Shown piece after piece: positions 9,849-19,077 of a stretch of DNA of 64,000 nt. A program made the position numbers and the translations under genes. The stretch is taken from positions 2,336,001 to 2,400,000 of the forward strand of contig OZ253580.1 of assembly GCA_965263035.1 (NCBI GenBank), written 5' to 3'. Numbering within the stretch: the stretch's first letter is position 1; each line of letters begins with the position of its first letter. This DNA is from Acidobacteriota bacterium (lineage in GTDB: Bacteria > Acidobacteriota > UBA6911 > RPQK01 > JAJDTT01). Below the pieces are notes generated by a model. It was given only the letters and a program-made list of their open reading frames with translations. It was not told the DNA's origin and ran no database searches.

Positions 9849-9935
9849 CTAGCAGGCGCGTGATCGACGCAGCCAGCGATTCTTCCAGCGGGCTGCTATC
9901 ATTGGCGCTCTGATCCCCATAATGGAGCATCGCCT

Positions 9936-10412
9936 ATGCTTCCCCGTTCCACTTTTCTGAAGACTCCTCTGGTTTTCCTGTTGTCGGCGGCTGGTCTGGG
10001 TTGCGGCGGCGGAGACGCCGCGACCGAGGCGGAGCAGGAGGCTCGCGAAGAGGCATTCCGGCAGTCGATGTCGGGAGTCGTGCTGGAAGGATTCTTCACC
10101 GTCGGCGACGGCGCCAAACTGCGGGAGGAAAGGTACGAGATCGCCAAGGTCTCGAAGCTGGGCGGAGATATCTGGGTCTTTCAAGCCCGGATCCAGTACG
10201 GCAGCCGAGACGTCACGGTGCCGGTGCCGGTGCGAATGGAATGGGCGGGCGATACGCCGGTCCTGAGCCTGACCGAGGTCGCCATCCCCGGACTGGGCAC
10301 CTTCACGGCACGGGTTCTCTTCTACGACGACCAGTACGTGGGCGTCTGGCGCCACGGAGAAGTCGGCGGGCTGCACTTCGGGCGGATTGCTCCCGGCCCG
10401 AACTCGGAATAG
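9936..10412 (+). CDS. Hypothetical lipoprotein (beta-rich)
   Basis: Leader ending LGC; WAGDTPVLSLT..IPGLGTFTARV; sits directly upstream of uxuA. Confidence 0.75.
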   Translation: MLPRSTFLKTPLVFLLSAAGLGCGGGDAATEAEQEAREEAFRQSMSGVVLEGFFTVGDGAKLREERYEIAKVSKLGGDIWVFQARIQYGSRDVTVPVPVRMEWAGDTPVLSLTEVAIPGLGTFTARVLFYDDQYVGVWRHGEVGGLHFGRIAPGPNSE

Positions 10413-10421
10413 GGTCACCCC

Positions 10422-11465
10422 ATGTCGAGACGGATTCGGGTGGCGGCCGGCAGCATCCGGGACCCCAGCGACGACATTCTGACCTTCGCGTCCCAACTGG
10501 GCTGCAGCGGCATCATTCTCAACACGCCCAACCTCAGCGGACGGCCTCCCTTCGGATCCAGCCGGATCGGGTCCACTTACTGGAAAAAGCCGGGAGACAA
10601 CGTGGCCCCTGCCCATTGGGACTACCTGGAGCTGCTGCAGTTGCGGACCCGGGTCGAGTCGTACGGCCTGCGGCTGGAGGGCATCGAGAACACTCCCCTC
10701 CATTTCTACCAGAAGTGCATTCTGGGCCTGCCGGGCCGCGACCAGGAGATCGAGAACTACCAGGAGACGATCCGCAATCTGGGCCGGTCGGGGATCCCCA
10801 TACTGGGCTACCACTGGATGGCCAACAGCGTCTGGCGCACCTCCAAGAGCGAGCCGGCCCGGGGCGGCGCCCGGACCAGCGTTTATGATCACGAGCTGGG
10901 CCGGAACGCTCCCCTGAGCTTCGACCGGGAGTACTCCGAGGAGGAGCTCTGGGCCAACTACGGGTACTTCATCCAGGCGGTCCTGCCCATCGCGCGGGAG
11001 GCGGGCGTCACCCTGGCGCTCCACCCCGACGACCCGCCGGTCGATTCCCTGGGAGGCGTAGCCCGGATCTTCCGGAACCTCAAGGGCTTCCGGCGGGCCA
11101 TGGAAGCGATCGCCCCCGAACCCAACCACAAGCTGGACTTCTGCATGGGGACCTGGGCCGAGATGGGAGTGGATGAGATGTTCGCCGGTCTGCGCTACTT
11201 CGGCGAGCGGGGCCGGATCGCGTACGTCCATTTCCGAAACGTGCGCGGCGCCGTGCCCTGCATCACCGAGACCTTCATCGACGAGGGGGACGTGGACGTG
11301 GTGGAGGTGATGAAACTGCTGGTGGAGATCGGGTTCGACGGTTTCATCATCGACGACCACGTCCCGGAGATGGACGGGGACACGCTCTGGTCACACCGGG
11401 GGCGTGCCTACGCCACCGGCTACATCAAGGGGCTGCTCCGGGCTGTCGAATCCATGACGGCCTGA
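10422..11465 (+). CDS. uxuA: Mannonate dehydratase family
   Basis: LALHPDDPP, LDFCMGT, YVHFRNV, ETFIDEGDVD and IDDHVP motifs. Confidence 0.88.
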   Translation: MSRRIRVAAGSIRDPSDDILTFASQLGCSGIILNTPNLSGRPPFGSSRIGSTYWKKPGDNVAPAHWDYLELLQLRTRVESYGLRLEGIENTPLHFYQKCILGLPGRDQEIENYQETIRNLGRSGIPILGYHWMANSVWRTSKSEPARGGARTSVYDHELGRNAPLSFDREYSEEELWANYGYFIQAVLPIAREAGVTLALHPDDPPVDSLGGVARIFRNLKGFRRAMEAIAPEPNHKLDFCMGTWAEMGVDEMFAGLRYFGERGRIAYVHFRNVRGAVPCITETFIDEGDVDVVEVMKLLVEIGFDGFIIDDHVPEMDGDTLWSHRGRAYATGYIKGLLRAVESMTA

Positions 11466-11477
11466 CCCTGAGAAAAA

Positions 11478-11505
11478 CGTAGGGGCACCCCTTGCGGGTG
11501 CTCTC
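11478..11505 (+). repeat. GTAG-type REP between convergent genes
   Basis: CGTAGGGGCACCCCTTGCGGGTGCTCTC, one mismatch to the reverse complement of 2390-2417. Confidence 0.8.
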
Positions 11506-11531
11506 TTCCAGCTCATACGGAGGGATGCGCT

Positions 11532-12623
11532 TCAGCTCTGTACAGCAGCGATACGGCCGGTCCGGGCCGATTCGTAGATGGCTTCGATGATGGCCACCGC
11601 CTTCCGGGACTCGGGACCGTCCAACAGGAAACTGTCGTCTCCCTCCAGCCAGTCCACGAACCCACCGATGTTCCCGGTGTGGAGGCTGTAGTCGATGGCC
11701 ATGGGATCGGCGGCTCCCCCGCCGCTACGGGTCTCCTCGGAGAAACGCCGGCGCAAACCTTCGTCCCCGGCCTGCTCCTCGTCGAAGGCCCAGGTGACGA
11801 GCTCGTCTTCCAGCACTTCCGCGGTCCCGCCCCTCCCCGCCAACTGAAGCCGCTTCAGCGAGCCGGGAAACATGGAGGTGGCCCCCAGGATCTGTCCCAG
11901 GGCGCCGCCGCGCAGACGCAAGACGGCCACCGCCGTGTCCTCCACTTCGATCAGGTTGGGGTCGTGACCCCGCTTGGCCGTGAAGGCGAAGATCTCTCGA
12001 ACCGGATTGACCCCCGGGGGCAGATCCGGGATGGCGGCCGAGGCCAGCCACTGGGCCGCGTCGACCCCGTGGATGGACTGGTTCATCATGGCGCCGCCGC
12101 CGTCCAGGTCCAATGTCCCCTGCCAGCGATCAGGCGCGTAGTAGGCGTCATCACGCCACCAGGGCACGTAGGCGTTGACCACGGCCAAGTCGCCGAAGCG
12201 GCCCTGGGCAGCGGCTCCGTGAACCACCCGCAGCACCGGGTTGAATCTCTGGGGAAAGATCCCTCCCAACCGGATCCCGCTCTCGCGGGCCACCTGGATC
12301 ATCCGGTCCACCCGCCGGACGCTGATCTCCAGGGGCTTCTCGCAAAGGACGTGAATACCGCGCCGGGCGCACGCCTCCAGTGGCTCCAGGTGAAACCCGC
12401 TGGGGGTGGCGATGGTGACGAAGTCGGGACGGGCCTCGTCCAGGAGTTCTTCGTAGTCCCGGTACCAGCGGCAGCCGAAGCGGTCGGCGAAGGCCTGTCC
12501 TTTGGCCTCGGTCCGGCAGGAGCCGGCCACCAACTCCAGGTTCTCCAACTCGCCCATGGCCAGGGCATGAATGTCGGCGATGGCGCCGACACCGATGATC
12601 GCCGCCCGGTAGGTCTTGCCCAT
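11532..12623 (-). CDS. Gfo/Idh/MocA oxidoreductase (cytoplasmic)
   Basis: IIGVGAIA, ATPSGFH, VLCEKP and GGGAMMNQSIH motifs. Confidence 0.92.
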   Translation of the reverse strand: MGKTYRAAIIGVGAIADIHALAMGELENLELVAGSCRTEAKGQAFADRFGCRWYRDYEELLDEARPDFVTIATPSGFHLEPLEACARRGIHVLCEKPLEISVRRVDRMIQVARESGIRLGGIFPQRFNPVLRVVHGAAAQGRFGDLAVVNAYVPWWRDDAYYAPDRWQGTLDLDGGGAMMNQSIHGVDAAQWLASAAIPDLPPGVNPVREIFAFTAKRGHDPNLIEVEDTAVAVLRLRGGALGQILGATSMFPGSLKRLQLAGRGGTAEVLEDELVTWAFDEEQAGDEGLRRRFSEETRSGGGAADPMAIDYSLHTGNIGGFVDWLEGDDSFLLDGPESRKAVAIIEAIYESARTGRIAAVQS

Positions 12624-12650
12624 GTCTCTTGTCTCCGAAGGACGTGGTCC

Positions 12651-14306
12651 CTATTGAGCCGGGGCCTGGTCGATCCAGGGGTAACCCAATATCAGCCCCG
12701 CCAACGCGAGCAGAGGAATCAGGCAGACGGCCATCTTCAAGAGGATTTGTTGCCTGGAGTCATCCGGCTTCATGAACTTGCAGGCGACAAGGCCCGCAAG
12801 CAAGTTCGCTCCCAGTGCCGTCGGTGAGATCCACTGGAAGCTGATGGCGGTGGTCTCCAGGCCGGTGCCCGCGGCCAGCACTTCGTAGAAGCTTCCGGAG
12901 AATGCGACGAGGACAGCGGTCGTGACCCCGTAGATGGTGCCCACCAGCACTCCGGCGGCCCGTGCGAAGGGAACGAACATGGCGAAGAAGAAGAGGCCGA
13001 AGACAGGAGTCACCAGCAGATTGGTGGTGCGTTGGGTCATGGCCGTGAAGTTTCCGGGAACATGTCCGATGAAGGTGCTTCCCACCACGACGATGGCGCC
13101 CACGGTGAGAGCCAGGATCTGGGCCCAGCGGACGTGCCCTTTCTCCGTCTTGGGCTTCAGGCCGAACCGGTCCACGAAGTCGGTCATGATGACCGCGGTA
13201 ATGGAATTCACTCCCGAGTCGATGCTGGACATGGCCGCGGCGAACATGGCGGAAACCACCAGACCGGTGACGCCCGGCGGCAGGTGGAAGGAGACGAAGC
13301 GGGGGAAGATCTGATCGCCGTTCGTGACCAGGCTCAGGCTGGCCGGAAGCTCATCCGGCCGCTGCTGGAAATATCCCATCAGCGCGAATCCCACCAGCAC
13401 CAGGGTCCCGGCCACTAAGGTGCCGGCGCCCATCTGGGTCAGGTAGGCCTTCTTGGCGGCCCGCGCGTCTCGCGTGGCCATGAATCGCTGGACCGAAACC
13501 TGGTCTCCACCGGCCGTGCAGATCTGCCAGAGGCTGGCGCTGAGTATGGTCCCCAAGACGGTGACCCGCATCCTGGGGTCGAAACTGAACACCGGCTGGG
13601 CGTCCCAGGTGGGCTGCCAACTGGTGGGAAACCAGCTGAATCCTCCGAGTTCGTAGGTCACCAGGCCGATCACCAGCCAGGCCCCGCCGAACAACAGGGT
13701 GAACTGGAGGAAATCGGTGATGACCACCGCCCCCAGGCCTCCCAGAGAGGTGTAGATCACCGAAACGAAACCGGTGACCAGAACCACCAGCGGGATCCAC
13801 TCGTCCCCCACGCCCAACATGACCGTCATGGCCTTGGCGGCGATGTAGACCAGCAGGGACATCCAGACCAGGCGCATGGCGATGAACAGGACCGATCCCA
13901 GCAGCCGGATCCCCAGACCGAGCCGTTCTTCCAGCAACTCGTAGGCGCTGGTGACCCGCTGGCGCATGTAGAGGTTCAGCAACACCCTGGAGACGACCAG
14001 GAACGCCACCGGGTAGGCGCAGAGGTTGGCCACGGTGGCCACGGGCCCTTTGGCGATGGTTTCTCCCGGCATGGAGAGATAGGAGATGGTGCTCAGCAGC
14101 GTGGCGAAGAGGGAGATGCCCACCAGGAACGGGTTCATGGCCCCGCTGCCCACGAAGTACTCGCTGGTGTTCCGCTGCCGGCGGGAGAAGTAATAGCCCA
14201 GGCCGATGGTCGACGAGGCGTAGGTCGCGACGATCAGCCAGTCGATGAGGGTCAGTCCACTTTGTCCAGAGGGGTCCATGGCGTTTGCGGTCCCGAACTC
14301 TACCAT
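12651..14306 (-). CDS. Sodium:solute symporter (SSS) family
   Basis: SAYELLEERLG, YTSLGGLGAVVITD, DQVSVQRF and FAAAMSSIDSGVNS motifs; start may be 14279. Confidence 0.92.
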   Translation of the reverse strand: MVEFGTANAMDPSGQSGLTLIDWLIVATYASSTIGLGYYFSRRQRNTSEYFVGSGAMNPFLVGISLFATLLSTISYLSMPGETIAKGPVATVANLCAYPVAFLVVSRVLLNLYMRQRVTSAYELLEERLGLGIRLLGSVLFIAMRLVWMSLLVYIAAKAMTVMLGVGDEWIPLVVLVTGFVSVIYTSLGGLGAVVITDFLQFTLLFGGAWLVIGLVTYELGGFSWFPTSWQPTWDAQPVFSFDPRMRVTVLGTILSASLWQICTAGGDQVSVQRFMATRDARAAKKAYLTQMGAGTLVAGTLVLVGFALMGYFQQRPDELPASLSLVTNGDQIFPRFVSFHLPPGVTGLVVSAMFAAAMSSIDSGVNSITAVIMTDFVDRFGLKPKTEKGHVRWAQILALTVGAIVVVGSTFIGHVPGNFTAMTQRTTNLLVTPVFGLFFFAMFVPFARAAGVLVGTIYGVTTAVLVAFSGSFYEVLAAGTGLETTAISFQWISPTALGANLLAGLVACKFMKPDDSRQQILLKMAVCLIPLLALAGLILGYPWIDQAPAQ

Positions 14307-14310
14307 TTTG

Positions 14311-14531
14311 GTTCGGCGGCTTTCCAGCCGCCGAACAGGAGCGGCGGCTTTCTTGCCGCCGATTAGGGGGGAGGGGGGACGGAGTCCCCACTTTACACTT
14401 TCCCCCCTCTACACTTCCCGCCCACCGAATCGCCTAACAACACGGAAGAGCAGGCGGCAAGAAAGCCGCCTGTCCCAGTGGGCGACAAGAAAGTCGCCCC
14501 TCCCAGCAGGCGACAAGAAAGTCGCCCCTCC
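14311..14531. repeat. Cluster of five GGAG-headed REP-like hairpins
   Basis: Two CGGCGGCTTTCY(A/T)GCCGCCG units, then three inverted GGCGRCAAGAAAGYCGCC..TCC units. Confidence 0.8.
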
Positions 14532-14618
14532 GGCCGCCCTCCCAAGAAGGCCACAGGGGTTGCCGGTGCTGGTAGACTGTCAGTTTTCGTCCCGGGTCAA
14601 TCCCGTAAAGATTTCTTC

Positions 14619-16250
14619 ATGACGGAAACGTCCAACAGGCCTTCTTCGCCGCGGCAGCCCCACCCGATACATCCCCTGGTCGATCTCTGGACCATTGCCT
14701 GGCCCACCGTCCTGACCATGACCAGCTACACGGTGATGCACTTCGCCGACAAGCTCATGTTGGGGCAGGTGGGGCCGGTGGAGGTGGCCGCCCAAGGGAA
14801 TGGCGGCATCTGGGCGTTCACTCCCATGGCCTTCGCGCTGGGTCTGTTGACTGTGGTCAACACTTTCGTGAGCCAGTCCCGAGGAGCGAACCGCATCCAG
14901 GACGCCCCTCGATACGGCTGGGCCTCACTCTGGCTCAGCGGCGGGATGTGGGTGCTGCTGATGCTTCCCTACGCCCTATTGCTGCAATACGTTTTCCCGT
15001 GGGTCCACGCCGCCCAGCGGGACGAGATTCGACGCGGGTTGGAGGGCGCTTCGGAAGCCGGACTCCTCTCGGTGCAGGCGGACCTGGCGCAGTTGGACAC
15101 TCTGATTCGCATGGAGACCCAGTACGCACAGATTCTCCTGGCCGGATCGATCCTGCTCCTGATCAGCCGAGCCCTTCACCACTATTTCTTCGGGCTCCAA
15201 CGCCCCAAGGTGGCCACCGTCTCCGCCATTTGCGGAAACGCGACCAACGTATTGGTCAACTACGCGCTCATCTTCGGACATCAGGGCGCACCTGGATGGG
15301 GTCTGCCGGGCATCCCCGGGCTGCCCGCCCTGGGTTTGACGGGAGCAGCCCTGGGAACCATCGCCGGTACGTTGGTGGAGTCGGTGATTCCGGTGGTCCT
15401 GTTCCTGGGGCCTTCCATGAACCGGGAGTTGCAGAGCCGGCGCCAGTGGAGACCCCGGAAGGATGCCATTCTGGACCTGCTCCGGATCGGGGTCCCGGCC
15501 GGTATCCAGGTGGGAAACGAAATCGCCTGTTGGGCCATCTTCATGACCCGGCTGGTGGGCGTTTTTGGAACCTACCACCAGACCGCGGGCTGGATCTCCA
15601 TCACCTACATCCATCTCAGCTTCATGCCGGCCCTGGGCCTTTCGGTGGCGGTGACCTCACTGGTGGGCAACTACAAGGGTGCGGGGCAGCCTGAGGTGGC
15701 GGCGGCACGAGCCCGGCTGGGAGTCCTGGTGGGCCTGATCTACATGACCCTGTGCGGAGCCTTCTTCTACGTTTTCCGCTATGAGTTGGTGTCCATCTTC
15801 GTGGGCGGACTCCATCTGGACGCCGCCGAGGCCCGGCAGATCGTGGAGATCGGCGCCACTCTCATGATCTGCGCCGCCATATTCCAGGCCTTCGACGCCT
15901 TCGGGATCATCTACACGGGCGCCCTCCGGGGCGCCGCCGACACGCTCTGGCCCAGCGCCGTCGCCATCTCCTACAGCTGGACCTTCATTCTGGGCGGCGG
16001 ATGGCTCATGACCCGGTACTATCCCCAGCTCGAATCGGTGGGTCCCTGGGTGGCTGCGACGGTATACATCATCCTTCTGGGCGTGACCATGGCCTACCGT
16101 TTCGAATCGGGCCGCTGGCGCTCGCTGCGGATTCTGGAGCCGACGAAGCAGGATGCCGCCCGGATGGCTCCGCTCAGCCCCACGGCACCGGTTTCGGAGC
16201 CGGGAGCCGCCGTGGTAGACATCGCCGAGGAAGTGGGTCGCGTCGACTGA
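14619..16250 (+). CDS. MATE family efflux transporter
   Basis: IAWP..., LGLTGAALGT, LLRIGVPAG and GALRGAADT motifs; many TM segments. Confidence 0.9.
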   Translation: MTETSNRPSSPRQPHPIHPLVDLWTIAWPTVLTMTSYTVMHFADKLMLGQVGPVEVAAQGNGGIWAFTPMAFALGLLTVVNTFVSQSRGANRIQDAPRYGWASLWLSGGMWVLLMLPYALLLQYVFPWVHAAQRDEIRRGLEGASEAGLLSVQADLAQLDTLIRMETQYAQILLAGSILLLISRALHHYFFGLQRPKVATVSAICGNATNVLVNYALIFGHQGAPGWGLPGIPGLPALGLTGAALGTIAGTLVESVIPVVLFLGPSMNRELQSRRQWRPRKDAILDLLRIGVPAGIQVGNEIACWAIFMTRLVGVFGTYHQTAGWISITYIHLSFMPALGLSVAVTSLVGNYKGAGQPEVAAARARLGVLVGLIYMTLCGAFFYVFRYELVSIFVGGLHLDAAEARQIVEIGATLMICAAIFQAFDAFGIIYTGALRGAADTLWPSAVAISYSWTFILGGGWLMTRYYPQLESVGPWVAATVYIILLGVTMAYRFESGRWRSLRILEPTKQDAARMAPLSPTAPVSEPGAAVVDIAEEVGRVD

Positions 16251-16275
16251 GACGCCGTCTGAGTGACGGTTGCGG

Positions 16276-17466
16276 CTACCAGTCGCCTTGCGCCAGGAAA
16301 CGGCAGATCCGCTCCATGGCCGGTTCCAGAACCGAAAAGCCGGGAGCCGTACAGACGCGGAAGCTGCCGCCTCCCCCGCGGCCGAAGGCCACTCCCGGAG
16401 CCACCGCCACCTTGCACCTGCGGAGGAGCGCCAAGGCGAAGTCGAAGGAATCTTCCAGACCCTGGACTGCGGGGAACACGTAGAAGGCTCCCGCCGGCTT
16501 CGCCACCGAGACCGAGTCCAGAGAAGCCAGGGCCTGGAAACAGTACTCGTTCCGCTCCTTGAGTTTCTCCACCATCTCCGGGATCCCGTCGTCCCGGTGG
16601 CGGAGCGCCAATTCACCGGCCCGCTGGATCATGGAGGCGGCATGGGAAACGATGAACTCGTTGATCTGGGTACCCTTGGAAATGAAGTCCCGGCGCGAGA
16701 CCACCCATCCCAGCCGCCAGCCCGTCATGCAGTAGCTCTTGGAGAAGGATTGGGCCACCACCACCGCGTCGGACCGATCGGCGATCCGCAGGATCGAAGG
16801 GGCCGCCTCGCCGTGGTAGTAGATGCGCTCGTAGACTTCGTCGGCCAAAAGCCACAAGCCGTTGCGCCGGCAAAAATCCAGCAATCGCTGCTGGTCCCCC
16901 GGGGACGCCACCCAGCCCAGGGGATTGGAGGGGGAGCTGTAGATGAGCAGCCGGGTCCGAGGTGTCAGGGCGGACTCCAGAGCGTCGAAATCGGGAACGA
17001 AACGGCCTTCCCGGCTAAGAAAGGGCACTTCCCTGGGGCGGCCGCTGAAGAGACTCACGATGGCGGCCGCGTTGGGCCAGTTGGGAGTCAGAATCAGCGC
17101 CTCGTCTCCTGGATTCAAGAGGCACCGGATCGACAGGTTGAGGGCCTGGACGCCTGAAGCCGTCACCAGGATCTCCGAGGCGGGGTCCAGCCGAACCTGA
17201 TGGAGCTCGAGATACTTTTCGGCCAGGGCTTCCCGCAGACTGGGCAGTCCCGAGTTTTCGGTATAGAAGGTGTAGCCCTCCGCCATGGCCCGACTCGCCG
17301 CCGCCTTGATGAATTCGGGTGTGGGCATGTCCGACTCGCCGAACTGGAGCCGGATCACTCCCTCCATGGTGAAGGCCACGTCCGCCAGCTCCCGAATCTG
17401 GGAGGGTTTTACCTGAAACACGCTGGAAGCCAGACCGATGCCGGCGCCGGATCTTTCTTTCTGCAT
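16276..17466 (-). CDS. Class I/II PLP-dependent aminotransferase
   Basis: SPSNPLG, ADEVY and SFSKSYCMTGWRLG motifs. Confidence 0.93.
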   Translation of the reverse strand: MQKERSGAGIGLASSVFQVKPSQIRELADVAFTMEGVIRLQFGESDMPTPEFIKAAASRAMAEGYTFYTENSGLPSLREALAEKYLELHQVRLDPASEILVTASGVQALNLSIRCLLNPGDEALILTPNWPNAAAIVSLFSGRPREVPFLSREGRFVPDFDALESALTPRTRLLIYSSPSNPLGWVASPGDQQRLLDFCRRNGLWLLADEVYERIYYHGEAAPSILRIADRSDAVVVAQSFSKSYCMTGWRLGWVVSRRDFISKGTQINEFIVSHAASMIQRAGELALRHRDDGIPEMVEKLKERNEYCFQALASLDSVSVAKPAGAFYVFPAVQGLEDSFDFALALLRRCKVAVAPGVAFGRGGGGSFRVCTAPGFSVLEPAMERICRFLAQGDW

Positions 17467-17562
17467 TTTTCGGGGCCAGTCTACTACGGCAGCGCGGGTC
17501 GTGAGTCAAACCAGCAGATTGACAGAACGCCCCTCCTGGTCCAGGCTTCGGGTCAATCCAAA

Positions 17563-18237
17563 ATGGAGATTTTTGCCGTTTCCCCATCCTGCCGGAGAAT
17601 GGGCCTCCACTCTCGTGCAATTCTCTTCCGGGAGGTCTCGATCCGGCCCTCGCCCCCCGACTTCCAGGAGCGGGTCCGCCGGGTCGCGGTGGATCTTCGA
17701 TCTCGTTTTCCCACCCCCCGGTCGGTCCGGGAGTCGGCCCCGATGGTGGAACTGCATTCCATCTTCAGAAAGGTGGGTGTCAACCCCCGTAAGCTGCAGC
17801 CCTCCTGTGAAAGGCTCGTGCAGTTGGCCCTGAAGCGGGGCGCCATTCCGGCCATCAGCAACTTGGTGGACAGCTACAATCTGGTGAGCCTCAGGTGGAA
17901 CTGCTCCTTGGGAGCCCACGATCTGGACCGCCTTGCGCTTCCGGTCGAGCTCCGGTTCGCGACCGGAGACGAAACCTTCGTTCCTCTGGGCAGCCGGGAG
18001 CCGGAACCCTTCGGCCGCGGCGAATTCGGGTATGTGGACGCCCAGAATCGCTTGATCTGCCGTCTGGACGTCCGCCAGGCCGACTTCAGCAAGATCACGC
18101 CCGACACCAGTAACGTGCTGCTCATCGTGGGCGCCACCCGGGCTCTGGACCCCGGTGACGTGGATCGGATCCTGGCCGAGACCGTGGACCGGGTCACGGA
18201 AGCCTGTGGAGGCCACGGCCAGATCCTGGCGGAATGA
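17563..18237 (+). CDS. Stand-alone B3/B4 (PheT-like tRNA editing) domain protein
   Basis: PSCERL, IPAISNLVDSYNLVSL..SLGAHDLD and GEFGYVD motifs; start chosen at ATG 17563. Confidence 0.85.
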   Translation: MEIFAVSPSCRRMGLHSRAILFREVSIRPSPPDFQERVRRVAVDLRSRFPTPRSVRESAPMVELHSIFRKVGVNPRKLQPSCERLVQLALKRGAIPAISNLVDSYNLVSLRWNCSLGAHDLDRLALPVELRFATGDETFVPLGSREPEPFGRGEFGYVDAQNRLICRLDVRQADFSKITPDTSNVLLIVGATRALDPGDVDRILAETVDRVTEACGGHGQILAE

Positions 18238-18243
18238 TCGGGT

Positions 18244-19077
18244 ATGACCAGCTTTCGAGATTTCGAGCACGAACGGTGGCAGGAGGCCGTCGAGACCTAC
18301 GCCGGCTTCTGGGCCGGCCTGACCCGCCAGACCGTCCGTCCTCTGTTGGACGCTCTGGAGATCTCCCCGGAAACCCGCCTCCTCGACGTGAGCTGCGGAA
18401 CCGGGCACGTCGCCGCGGCGGCGGCCTCGATGGGAGCCTCGGTGGTCGGGATCGACTTCTCCAGCGTCATGCTGTCTCGAGCCCGCGGCCTCCACCCCAC
18501 TCTGGACTTCCGGCTGGGCGACGCCGAGGAACTGGAATTCCCGGATGAGAGCTTCGATGCCGTCGCCGTCAACTTCGGCATGCTCCACTTCCAACATCCC
18601 GAGCGAGCCCTGGCCCAGGCCCACCGTGTGCTCCGCCCGGGCGGACGAGCCGCCTATACGGTCTGGGCGCCTCCGGACCAGTCCCGGGCCTTCGAAGTCG
18701 TCTACGGCTCCATCCGCGATTACGGCACCCTGGAAGTCCCGTTGCCACCCGGGCCTCCCTTCTTCCGGTTCAGCGACCCGGAGGAGTCGCGCCGTATTTT
18801 GTTGGAAACCGGGTTCCAGGAGCCGCGAATCGAGTCACTACGGCTGACGTGGCGAGTGCCTTCGGCGCGAGCCCTCCTGCGGGCGTTCGAGGAGGGGACG
18901 GCCCGCACCGGTCCCACGTTGTTGGCGCAGAGACCGGAGAACCTGGTCCACATTCGCAGCGCCGTCCTGGAGCGGGCTTCGGCCTACGAAGGCGATGGTG
19001 GACTGGAGGTCCCCATGGTGGCCGTCCTCTGCCGGGGACGAAAGGAGAGTGGCTCATGTTTCGCAGACGATTCCTGA
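18244..19077 (+). CDS. Class I SAM-dependent methyltransferase
   Basis: LLDVSCGTG, GDAEELEFPDESFD and RVLRPGG motifs. Confidence 0.92.
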   Translation: MTSFRDFEHERWQEAVETYAGFWAGLTRQTVRPLLDALEISPETRLLDVSCGTGHVAAAAASMGASVVGIDFSSVMLSRARGLHPTLDFRLGDAEELEFPDESFDAVAVNFGMLHFQHPERALAQAHRVLRPGGRAAYTVWAPPDQSRAFEVVYGSIRDYGTLEVPLPPGPPFFRFSDPEESRRILLETGFQEPRIESLRLTWRVPSARALLRAFEEGTARTGPTLLAQRPENLVHIRSAVLERASAYEGDGGLEVPMVAVLCRGRKESGSCFADDS

